64,000 nucleotides of DNA from Burkholderiales bacterium (GTDB lineage Bacteria > Pseudomonadota > Gammaproteobacteria > Burkholderiales > SG8-39), in the NCBI GenBank assembly GCA_035652275.1, contig DASREB010000117.1, positions 5,408 through 69,407 on the forward strand, given 5' to 3'. Below the pieces are notes generated by a model, which searched no databases, had not been told where the DNA came from, and saw nothing but the letters and a program-made list of their open reading frames with translations. Positions 56,177-64,000 of the stretch are shown piece after piece. The position numbers and the translations under genes were made by a program. How positions within the stretch are numbered: the stretch's first letter is position 1; every line of letters begins with the position of its first letter.

Positions 56177-57880
56177 TCATTCCAGCGGAATGCGAACCGT
56201 TATTCGGGTGCCGCCCGCCGGCGAGCGCGTGACATCTACGCTGCCGCGCGCGGCCGCCGCGCGCTCGTGCATGCCGAACAGCCCTAGCGATGCAGTGCCG
56301 TCCTGCGGCATGCCCCGTCCGTTGTCGTCGATCGACAACTCGAGGTGCGAGCCGTCCAGGCGTAACGCGACCTCCACTTCGGTAGCGCCGGAATGATGCG
56401 CGACGTTGCTCAGTGCCTCCTGCAGAATGCGAAAGATGACGAGGGAGTGCTGCGCCGGAATCGCGAACGACTCCTGTGGTAGTGCGACGCGGCAACGGAT
56501 GCCGCTGCGGCGTGAAAATTCTCCCACCAGCCACCGAGCCGCTCCCTCAACACCGAACCGTTCGAGAATTTCAGGACGCAGTTCCATGGCAATGCGGCGC
56601 ACGGCATCGAGCATGCCGGTGACGGTGGCATGGAGCGCATCGATATCCCGCGCGACCCAATCGGCCTCGGGCAAACGCTCACGAATAGCTCGCGCAAGCA
56701 GCGTATGGCTCATCCCGAGCGACGTGAGCATTTGCCCGAGCTCGTCGTGGAGCTCGCGCGAAATGCGCGCCCGCTCCTCTTCGCGCGCCCCCTCGACTGC
56801 GTGCGCACCGAGCTTGCGCTCGGTCATGTCGAACAGGATCGCGCCGATGCCGTAGGCGTCGCCGCCGGGATGAACGAGCGGAAACTTTGCCGCGAGATAG
56901 GTATGCATGCCGTCGCGCTGCCGGATCTCCTCTTCGAATTCGACGCCCTTCAGGGAACGGAGTACTTCCTCGTCATGCGCGCTGTACGCCTGGGCTAGAG
57001 CCCGCGGAAATAGGTGCGCATCGGTGCGCCCGCGCGCCACGCACGCCGGGATGCCTGTGCTCTGCTCGAAGCGGCGATTGACGATGACATAGCGGCCGTG
57101 GCGATCTTTGATCGAGATCAACGCGAACGAATGGTCCATGAAGGCCCATATGCGAGCCTCGCTCTGTATGAGGGCGCGCCTCGCACCGTCCGCCTCAATC
57201 GCCACCGCGGCAAGCTGCAGCGCCATGTCGAAAACCCGCGGTTCGTGGGGCTGCGGCGCCGCACCTTCCTGATAATCGATCGCCAAGGTGCCAAGCGCCT
57301 TGCCGGCGCTCGAGCGAATCGGCAATGACCGCGCATCGCGCCGGAGCACCGCACCGTGGCGCTCCGCGCTGCCGTCGTCCTCGGTAACGAGGACTGCGAC
57401 CTGCACTCCCGGTAACAGTGCCTGCACCTCGCGCAACAGCTCGTCGAGCACCGCGGCGAGCGGACAACCGCGCGCGACTCTGTCGAGCAGCCGAACTTGC
57501 GCTTCGAGGAGCGGCGCCGAGAAGCGCTCCTCTGACACGTCGACTACATAGAGTGCATGCACGCCGTTTGCGGGTAAGGCGAGCTCGCGCGCATCGACAC
57601 GCGTTTCAATCTCGCGCCCGTCACGATGACGGTGGCGCTGCAACTGCGGGCCTGGGATGCGCAGGAGCGCATCGTCGGCCTCAGGCCACAGCGTGACGAG
57701 CGGGATGTCGGCGAGCTCGGCCGCCGGATAGCCATAGAGCCGCGCGGCGGCATCGTTCGCCCGCAAGACACGCAGGAACTCGCGCTGGACGATCAGGATG
57801 GGCTGCGGCGCTCCCTCGAACACCGTTCGATAGGTCGCGGCGGATACGGCGGCGTCGTGTCCCGACATGTTCCCCAGCAC
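56177..57880 (-). CDS. Cytoplasmic PAS-GAF-PAS sensor histidine kinase, HisKA_3 type
   Basis: GTG start has GGGAG upstream. No TM segment is visible. The HisKA_3 H-box is EEERARISRELHDELGQMLTSL. The HATPase part reads LFRILQEALSNVAHHSGA...DDNGRG. PAS-like and GAF-like segments lie N-terminal to these. Confidence 0.85.
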   Translation of the reverse strand: MLGNMSGHDAAVSAATYRTVFEGAPQPILIVQREFLRVLRANDAAARLYGYPAAELADIPLVTLWPEADDALLRIPGPQLQRHRHRDGREIETRVDARELALPANGVHALYVVDVSEERFSAPLLEAQVRLLDRVARGCPLAAVLDELLREVQALLPGVQVAVLVTEDDGSAERHGAVLRRDARSLPIRSSAGKALGTLAIDYQEGAAPQPHEPRVFDMALQLAAVAIEADGARRALIQSEARIWAFMDHSFALISIKDRHGRYVIVNRRFEQSTGIPACVARGRTDAHLFPRALAQAYSAHDEEVLRSLKGVEFEEEIRQRDGMHTYLAAKFPLVHPGGDAYGIGAILFDMTERKLGAHAVEGAREEERARISRELHDELGQMLTSLGMSHTLLARAIRERLPEADWVARDIDALHATVTGMLDAVRRIAMELRPEILERFGVEGAARWLVGEFSRRSGIRCRVALPQESFAIPAQHSLVIFRILQEALSNVAHHSGATEVEVALRLDGSHLELSIDDNGRGMPQDGTASLGLFGMHERAAAARGSVDVTRSPAGGTRITVRIPLE

Positions 57881-58502
57881 CGGTAACGCTCCCGACCTTG
57901 CTCGCCGTCGGTCTCGCGGAATATAGCGCGGCTACGCGGCGACGTATGCAGGGTTCTGCGTGAGCCAGAAGCGAAAGCTTGGTAGCCGAATACGCTACGA
58001 GCGCGTAGCGCTGCGTGTGCGGAGCGACAAAGCGATAAGAATTTGGTCAGACTTTCGCAATGTTGGTCGGGGGAAAGGAACGCATCCCGCGTGACATGAT
58101 GACCGGTGTAAATCGACGCATGCGATTAGGCGTTTCCCCGGCAGGTGAGCCATCATCTATGCTCGATGAGCGGGCCGACCAGATCTTCTGAGATGCTTTC
58201 GCCATCGCTTGCACGCAGTCCGTGCTGGACGACGGTGCTGAGTATTCGATGCGGTCAACATGCTTGGCGGACTGCACGACGCAACAAGAAAATGTAGCGA
58301 TGATTGCTGAGGTCCGCTCGCGGGCGCATTATGGTTGTGATACGCCATGCTGCCGTGAGTGACGCAGCGCGCGGTCAGGTCCATTCGCTGCTGAAGCATC
58401 GTAACTAGCCTGAGCTCGCTCGAAGACCGCAGCTTTGTTTGGCTGCTGATCGCTGTATCGGCAGCGTTCGCGCTCATCCTGTGGCCGTTCTTCGGCGCCA
58501 TT

Positions 58503-59459
58503 TTGTGGGGAACCGTGCTCGCCATACTGTTCGCCCCGCTCCGTCGGCGGCTGACCGGCACCCTGCGCAACAACCACACCATGGCTGCACTCGCGACGCT
58601 GCTCATAGTCGTAGTGCTGGTCATCGTGCCCGTCACCTTTCTCATCGTCCTCTTGGTGCAGGAGGCTTCTGACATATACCAGGGGATGCGCGAGGGGGAC
58701 ATGAGTTTCGCGAGCTATTTGCGGCAGATACTGGACGTCTTGCCAGCATGGGCGGTAAGTCTGCTCGAGCGCTTCGGCCTTACCGACGTGAACGCAATAC
58801 AGGCACGGATTTCGGCCGGCCTCGCGCGCATGAGCCAGGTCTTCGCGCTTCAAGCGCTCAACGTCGGCCAGAACACGCTCGAGTTCCTCGTAAGCCTTGC
58901 CGTAATGCTCTATCTCCTGTTTTTCCTGCTGCGCGACGGCGACGAGGTTTATATGCGCGTGCGCGCCGCCTTGCCGCTTCGCACCGAGCATCAGCGTGAG
59001 CTCTCCCGGCGGTTCACCGTCGTGGTGCGCGCCACGATGAAGGGCAACGTCGTAGTTGCCGTCGTACAGGGAGCGCTCGGCGGCCTCGTCTTCTGGTTTC
59101 TCGGCGTGCATGCGCCGCTTCTATGGGCGGCGTTGATGGCCTTCCTTTCCCTGCTGCCGGCGGTCGGACCCGCGCTTGTCTGGCTGCCTGTGGCGCTCTA
59201 TTTCCTTGCCGCCGGTGCGCTATGGCAAGGTGTCGTGCTGATCGCATTCGGCGTGTTCGTCATCGGGTTGGTCGACAATGTGTTGCGCCCCATCCTCGTC
59301 GGCAAGGATGCGCGCCTACCGGATTACGTCGTGCTTATCTCGACCCTCGGCGGCATGGCAGTGTTCGGGCCGAACGGCTTCGTCCTTGGACCACTCATCG
59401 CTGCGATGTTCATCGCAGGGTGGGACCTCTTCGCTGCTTCGCGGACCGGTTCAGGATGA
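58503..59459 (+). CDS. AI-2E family transporter (PerM/UPF0118); the conserved first TM helix extends upstream of the listed start
   Basis: The protein is multi-TM and carries typical blocks: LLRDGDEVY, TMKGNVVVAVVQGALGG..FW, LLPAVGPALVWLP and VDNVLRPILVG. The in-frame upstream sequence FVWLLIAVSAAFALILWPFFGAI (58434-58502) has no ATG, GTG or TTG. Confidence 0.8.
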   Translation: MWGTVLAILFAPLRRRLTGTLRNNHTMAALATLLIVVVLVIVPVTFLIVLLVQEASDIYQGMREGDMSFASYLRQILDVLPAWAVSLLERFGLTDVNAIQARISAGLARMSQVFALQALNVGQNTLEFLVSLAVMLYLLFFLLRDGDEVYMRVRAALPLRTEHQRELSRRFTVVVRATMKGNVVVAVVQGALGGLVFWFLGVHAPLLWAALMAFLSLLPAVGPALVWLPVALYFLAAGALWQGVVLIAFGVFVIGLVDNVLRPILVGKDARLPDYVVLISTLGGMAVFGPNGFVLGPLIAAMFIAGWDLFAASRTGSG

Positions 59460-59483
59460 TCTGACGGCGAGAGGGTGGAAACG

Positions 59484-61598
59484 ATGAGCAGCGTCCTTGC
59501 CGCGGGCCGCAACTGCTGGCGGATAGAACGAGCGAAGCGCCTTGCGTTCTTCATCGACGCGGCGGACTACTTTGCTGCAGTGCGCGCGGCGATCCGACAA
59601 GCGAAGAGGAGCGTCTTCATCCTCGGCTGGGACATCGACAGTCGCGTGCGCCTCGTGCCACAGGGCGCGAACGACGGCTATCCCGAGGAGCTCGGGCCAT
59701 TCCTCGAGGAGGTGGTGCGGCGCGAGCGCGGGCTTCGCATGTACGTGCTGAGCTGGGATTTCGCGATGGCCTTTGCGCTCGATCGCGAATGGGTTCCGCT
59801 CTACAAGCTCGGCTTGCGCACCATGCCGCACCCGCGGTTTCACTTTCGCCTGGACGGTCGCCACCCGGTGAGCGGCTCGCATCACCAGAAAGTGGTGGTG
59901 GTCGACGATCGCGTGGCGTTCGTCGGCGGCCTTGATCTCACGCACGGCCGCTGGGACACGCCCGAGCACAAGCGGGTTCAGCCGTTGCGCGTCGATGTGC
60001 GCGGGCGCATCTCGCGGCCGAACCACGATGTGCAGGCGATCGTCGATTGCGGCGCCGCGCGCGCGCTCGGCGAACTTTGTCGCGTTCGCTGGTTACACGC
60101 GAGCGGCGAGCAGCCGTACGTCGAAAATATACCCCTGCCCGACTCGCACGATCCCTGGCCGCGCGATGTGAGCGCTGAGATCACCGCGGTCGAGGTTGGG
60201 ATTGCGCGCACCGACCCCGGCTTCGCCGACGGCAAGCCCGTGCACGAGATTCGCGCGCTCTATCTCGGCGCCATCGCTAGCGCGTGTCGTACGCTCTACA
60301 TAGAGAACCAGTACTTCAGCTCGAGCGAGCTTGGCGCGGCGCTCGCCGGGCGGCTGGCCGAACCCGCAGGCCCTGAAATGGTGGTCGTTTCCCGGCTCAC
60401 CGAGGAAGGCTGGCTCGAGGCGCGCACCATGGGCGCACTGCGCGGCGTCCTGCATCGGCAGCTAAAAGCCGCGGACACGCATGAGCGCTACCGCCTTTAC
60501 TACCCCTTCATCCCGGGGCTCGAGCGGCCCGATCTCCTGAACGTGCACAGCAAGGTGCTCGTGGTCGACGACGAGCTTTGCACCGTCGGCTCGGCGAATT
60601 TCAACAACCGCTCGATGGGCTACGACACCGAATGCAATCTCGTACTGGAAGCGCGCGGCGAGCCGCGGGTGCGAAGCGTGATCGCCAACCTGAGGAACCG
60701 CCTCCTCGCGGAGCACCTTGCCACGCGCCCGGAGCTGGTGGCTACGGAAATCTCGAGCAGGCGCGGCAGCGTGATCGCGGCCATCGAAGCGCTGCGTCGC
60801 CCGGGCCGCACGCTCGAGCCGATCGATCCCCAGGTGCCGCCACAGGTCGAATCGCTGCTTTCCGCTTCGCTCCTCATGGATCCGGAGCGCCCCGCCGATC
60901 CCGAAAGCCTTGTGCAGGACTTCGTGCCGCCGGATCTGCATCGCCCGATGACCACGCGCGTCGCACTGCTTGCGCTTGTGCTGCTCGCGCTCGCCGCCCT
61001 CGCCTTCGCCTGGCGCTCGACGAGCCTGCATCAGCTCGTGCCGCTTCATGAATATATAGCCGGGGCGCGGTTGATTCCGGTTGCCGGCGTTTTGGCGATT
61101 TACGTCCTTGCAGGACTACTGCCAATCCCGATTTCACTCGTGATCGTTGCCACCGTAGTGGTATTCGGGCCGCTGCGGGGCGGCGGCTACGCGCTCGTCG
61201 GCACGATTGCAAGCGCGGTGCTCGTCTACGGCCTTGGGCGCGCGCTCGGCCGGCAGCGCGTGCGGCAGATCGCGGGGCGGCGTCTGAATCGCATCACTCG
61301 GCGGTTTGCGCGCGGCGGCATGCCTGCAGTCGCGGTGCTGCGACTCGTCCCGGTTGCGCCGTTTTCGCTCGTCAGTGCAGTGGCCGGCGCATCGTTCATT
61401 CCATTCCGGCGTTTCTTTTGGGGCACCGCGCTCGGCATGGCGCTTCTCATCGCGCTCATCGCCTCCTTCTACAACGCGGTGCAGGCAGTGCTCGCCCAGC
61501 CGGGGCCCGTCACCTACGCGACGCTCGCAGCAGCGACGGCCATCGTCGGCGGCGGCGCCTTCGTCGTCTGGCGCCGCTTCAGGGCTGAGGATCAGTAG
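59484..61598 (+). CDS. Phospholipase D / cardiolipin-synthase-like protein (two HKD motifs) fused to a C-terminal VTT (DedA/TVP38-type) membrane domain
   Basis: HKD1 is HHQKVVVVDDRVAFVGGLDL and HKD2 is VHSKVLVVDDELCTVGSANFNNRS. The C-terminal ~220 aa are multi-TM with the block LRLVPVAPFSLVSAVAGAS. ATG at 59484 follows GAGAGGG. Confidence 0.8.
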   Translation: MSSVLAAGRNCWRIERAKRLAFFIDAADYFAAVRAAIRQAKRSVFILGWDIDSRVRLVPQGANDGYPEELGPFLEEVVRRERGLRMYVLSWDFAMAFALDREWVPLYKLGLRTMPHPRFHFRLDGRHPVSGSHHQKVVVVDDRVAFVGGLDLTHGRWDTPEHKRVQPLRVDVRGRISRPNHDVQAIVDCGAARALGELCRVRWLHASGEQPYVENIPLPDSHDPWPRDVSAEITAVEVGIARTDPGFADGKPVHEIRALYLGAIASACRTLYIENQYFSSSELGAALAGRLAEPAGPEMVVVSRLTEEGWLEARTMGALRGVLHRQLKAADTHERYRLYYPFIPGLERPDLLNVHSKVLVVDDELCTVGSANFNNRSMGYDTECNLVLEARGEPRVRSVIANLRNRLLAEHLATRPELVATEISSRRGSVIAAIEALRRPGRTLEPIDPQVPPQVESLLSASLLMDPERPADPESLVQDFVPPDLHRPMTTRVALLALVLLALAALAFAWRSTSLHQLVPLHEYIAGARLIPVAGVLAIYVLAGLLPIPISLVIVATVVVFGPLRGGGYALVGTIASAVLVYGLGRALGRQRVRQIAGRRLNRITRRFARGGMPAVAVLRLVPVAPFSLVSAVAGASFIPFRRFFWGTALGMALLIALIASFYNAVQAVLAQPGPVTYATLAAATAIVGGGAFVVWRRFRAEDQ

Positions 61599-62689
61599 CG
61601 GTAGATCGCCGCCGCGCCGCTGCGCGTCGGCATGCGCGCCGCGGGAACCACGATGACCTGTCCGCCGTTCCTCAGCGCCGCCTCGCCGAGATCGTCGATT
61701 CGCTCATCAGTGCCCGCGTCTTCGTGTTCGGCCTCGAGGAGCAGCGTCGCGACCCGTCCCGCCGATGCGCTTTCGGTCAATTCGTCGAGGTCATCGGTCC
61801 CGAGCTCTTTGGCGCGCGCGGCTCCGAACATCTCCACAAGACCGGAAAGGCGCGCCAGGTAGTGCGGTTCAAGCACGCGCCAGGCACGACGGCGCAATTC
61901 GTCCGCGGAAAGCGATTGCGGATCGCAGTCGATACCATCAGCAAGGAGGAATGGGTTGTGGCTGAAGGCGCGGAAGCGCGCCTGGTTCTCGGCCAGCGCC
62001 GCGAGCACCAGCGGCAGGCCCGACGGCCGCGAGTGCTGCTCGAGGATCGCCCGGTCGAGCGCGCGGAAGAACTTGGAGGTGTCGCGCTCCATCTCGACGT
62101 CCTTCTCGCCGCCCTGACCGTGGTGCACGCCCGCGCCCGCTCCAGGTCCAGAGGCGCCGGCGCGGTACGTCCATACGGACGAGTGCGCCTGCTTGCGCTC
62201 GTCGCCGATCGCCTCTTCCACGATGCGCGGCACCGCCGGATCAAGCTCGATTTCGTCGAGCACGTCGCGGTCGCCCTCAAAGAGGCGCGCGCCGCCCCGG
62301 CTGAGCGCCAGCACCTGGAAGCGCTCGGCCGACTGAAGGATGCGCAACAAGGGCTTGACGTGGAAGGTGTCGGCGACGATGGCGCGCTCGCCTACCGGGC
62401 GTTGCAGGCGATAGATCCTGAAGACGCCGCGCGCGGCGAATGCGGCGAGCGACTCGAGGCTGCGGTTCCAGAAGCGCTCATCGGCCGCGAGCGCGTAGAA
62501 CGGCGCCAGCAGCGCCGCGGCATCGTCGCGCGGGTGTCGCGCGCCAAGGGACGCCTCCAGCTGCTTCACGAGATTGCGGAAGCGAATCGGATCCTGCGCA
62601 TTTTCCGGATGCGAGCGGTGCGTCGGCTGGTAGAGCGACAGACAGGGCGGCTCGTAGCTGCCTTGCAGGAGATCTTCCAACGTCTTCAT
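61592..62689 (-). CDS. eRF1/Pelota-like protein (bacterial archaeo-eukaryotic release-factor family, baeRF3-like)
   Basis: The N-terminus reads PCLSLYQPTHRSHPENAQDPIRFRNLVKQLE. The C-terminus reads GRVATLLLEAEHE...GGQVIVVPAARMPTRSGAAAIYRY, which resembles the ..GGIGAILRY end of eRF1/aRF1/Pelota domain 3. The start overlaps the rnk stop as ATGA. Confidence 0.5.
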   Translation of the reverse strand: MKTLEDLLQGSYEPPCLSLYQPTHRSHPENAQDPIRFRNLVKQLEASLGARHPRDDAAALLAPFYALAADERFWNRSLESLAAFAARGVFRIYRLQRPVGERAIVADTFHVKPLLRILQSAERFQVLALSRGGARLFEGDRDVLDEIELDPAVPRIVEEAIGDERKQAHSSVWTYRAGASGPGAGAGVHHGQGGEKDVEMERDTSKFFRALDRAILEQHSRPSGLPLVLAALAENQARFRAFSHNPFLLADGIDCDPQSLSADELRRRAWRVLEPHYLARLSGLVEMFGAARAKELGTDDLDELTESASAGRVATLLLEAEHEDAGTDERIDDLGEAALRNGGQVIVVPAARMPTRSGAAAIYRY

Positions 62690-63090
62690 TGCATCTCGCC
62701 CGCCGCCTCCGGTTGGTAAGGCACCGCGGCGATGCGATAGCGCCGCTTGGCGCCGCCCGGCAGCTCCCAGTCGATCGACTGCCCGACCCGCAGGCCAAGG
62801 AGCGCCGTGCCGACCGGCGTCAGGACCGAGATCTTGGCGCTGTCAATGTCCGCGCTTCCGGGATAAACAAGCGTGATCTCACGTCGTTCGCGCGTGCCCT
62901 CATCCTCGAATACGACACGCGAGTTCATGGTGACGACATCTGCGGGGATGGCCTCCCGCGCCACGACGTGCGCTCGCACGAGCTCACGCTCCAGTTGCTC
63001 GAACCGCTTGCCCGGATACGCGTCAACGAGGTGCAGGAGCTTGTCCATGTCTCCCTGCGTCAGGTAAATCGGCGGCAGACCATCGGCCAT
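62686..63090 (-). CDS. rnk: Regulator of nucleoside diphosphate kinase Rnk (GreA/GreB-family RNAP secondary-channel protein), 134 aa
   Basis: The translation is MADGLPPIYLTQGDMDKLLHLV...VVTMNSRVVFEDEGTRERREITLVYPGSADIDSAKISVLTPVGTALLGLRVGQSIDWELPGG. The start is chosen at 63090. The longer 185-aa ORF has an implausible Arg/Ser-rich leader. Confidence 0.85.
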   Translation of the reverse strand: MADGLPPIYLTQGDMDKLLHLVDAYPGKRFEQLERELVRAHVVAREAIPADVVTMNSRVVFEDEGTRERREITLVYPGSADIDSAKISVLTPVGTALLGLRVGQSIDWELPGGAKRRYRIAAVPYQPEAAGEMQ

Positions 63091-63127
63091 GGCATGCGCC
63101 GCCTCGCAAGCCGCATGCCCGTCGGCG

Positions 63128-63478
63128 CTACCCAACTGTCCCGGCCGCGCAGCGCGGCAGCGGGCAAGGAACCTCGTAGAAAAGGCGGTTGAGGTACGCA
63201 GAGACGTCCTCGATTTCGTCCACACTCCAGGTCTGCCCTGCAATGCCCTGCCACCGAGTCACTTGCTGTACCAGCGTCGGCCAGTCGCGCACCCAGTGAC
63301 GGTTTCGCCAGTGCGTTTCGCGATCGTGGCAGCCTTGGCACGTTGTGCGGTAGAGCAGCTCGCCGCGCGCCGGATCGGCGATCGCGTGCGCAGGCACGGC
63401 TGCGGTGTGGGGCGGCTCCGGGGGATTGGAAGCGCAGCCGGCGAGCGCGAGTGCGAGCAATAGGGGCAGCGGGGGCAT
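63128..63478 (-). CDS. Small lipoprotein c-type cytochrome (single CXXCH)
   Basis: The signal peptide MPPLPLLLALALAGC carries a lipobox. The haem motif is TTCQGCH. At 116 aa, it sits directly upstream of rnk on the same strand. Confidence 0.6.
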   Translation of the reverse strand: MPPLPLLLALALAGCASNPPEPPHTAAVPAHAIADPARGELLYRTTCQGCHDRETHWRNRHWVRDWPTLVQQVTRWQGIAGQTWSVDEIEDVSAYLNRLFYEVPCPLPRCAAGTVG

Positions 63479-63576
63479 GCAATCGACCAGCAGAAATCGT
63501 TCCGGCGCGGGGGCCGCGCTCAGCGATCGCAGGCCGCGATCTTGCTCCCGTCCGCCGCAGGCGTGATTCGGCGGAC

Positions 63577-64000
63577 ATGGAGAGTTCATTACACACGCTC
63601 GCCGCGGACGTTGGCGGCACCAACGCCCGCTTCGCGATTGCGGAACGGATGTCCGGCGCAGTCCGAATTGTCTTTCAGCGCACATATCCGACGAAGAGCT
63701 TTCCCGATTTCGAGCCGGCGCTCGAGGCGTTCCTGCGCGAAGCGCGCGCGGCCGGCGCGCTGGGCAGCGATCCGCCGCACGCCGCCATCGCCATCGCCGG
63801 GGCGGTGGACCGCCACGTCGGACGGCTGACGAACCGCAGCAATTGGACCATCGATCTGCGCGAGCTCGGCGAGCATCTCGGAGTGAATGCGCGCCTCATC
63901 AATGATTTCGTCGCGCTGGCGCACGCCGTGCCGCGCGCGCACCCTGGCGACTGGATCGAGCTGCAGGCAGGCGAGCCGGCGCCGGGCGGGACCATTGTGC
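63577..64000 (+). CDS. glk: Glucokinase (N-terminal 141 aa; continues beyond the window)
   Basis: This gene is not in the ORF track because it has no stop in the window. My own translation is MESSLHTLAADVGGTNARFAIAE...HAAIAIAGAV....GRLTNRSNWTIDLRELGEHLGV.ARLINDFVALAHAVP, which matches the Glk pattern GDVGGTNAR...IA.AGP....V..TN..W.....INDF.A. Confidence 0.85.
   Translation, partial: MESSLHTLAADVGGTNARFAIAERMSGAVRIVFQRTYPTKSFPDFEPALEAFLREARAAGALGSDPPHAAIAIAGAVDRHVGRLTNRSNWTIDLRELGEHLGVNARLINDFVALAHAVPRAHPGDWIELQAGEPAPGGTIV

Noticed and set aside
57881-58394. An inverted repeat, CGCTACG-agcg-CGTAGCG (near 57994-58011), and small ORFs in the divergent region between the kinase operon and the AI-2E gene.
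   Set aside because: The 7-bp arms are short and have no second copy elsewhere in the window. The ORFs lack RBSs and motifs. This could be an operator, but it is not supportable from sequence alone.

Overview
High-GC, densely coding bacterial segment that looks proteobacterial from its signal peptides, lipobox and GGAG-type RBSs. I found no rRNA, tRNA, CRISPR array or intact IS/transposase. About 57 features are supportable.

Main content:
(1) A very long co-directional plus-strand gene string (about 5.7-27.1 kb) whose genes mostly overlap by ATGA/GTGA or a few nt. It runs CBS-BON, gnd, zwf, GH15, tkt, fused tal-pgi, two Cof-type HAD phosphatases, rpe, pgl, gntK, phosphoketolase xfp, ackA, a large GH15 glucoamylase, a Rieske-FAD reductase, DUF488 and DUF2945. 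Together this is a glucan/trehalose -> pentose phosphate -> phosphoketolase -> acetate route. glk sits at the right window edge.
(2) Stress, hypoxia or dormancy-type genes: cytochrome bd (cydAB), CBS proteins, Usp, an HPF/RaiA-like protein, an orphan FtsH paralog, a PAS/GAF HisKA_3 kinase with a NarL regulator, a hybrid kinase with a CheY-like regulator, and a frameshifted Crp/Fnr gene.
(3) A secreted glycoside-hydrolase cluster: two GH2-malectin paralogs, GH79, a GH105 fused to a DUF2264-like domain, and an alginate-export-type porin.

Most unusual observations:
- An ECF sigma factor is fused in frame to a complete Rnk (GreA/GreB-C-like) module (2960-3949).
- A free-standing rnk is translationally coupled to an eRF1/Pelota-like (baeRF-type) protein (61592-63090).
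- Two inverted paralogs of a di-haem CCP/MauG-like cytochrome bracket the central 27 kb.
- There is one intact and two decayed DUF2945 copies.
- Two unannotated small ORFs flank the folE2 / DUF326 copper-protein operon.
- Several conserved genes lack a canonical start codon.

All functional calls rest on motif recognition by eye. No database search was run.
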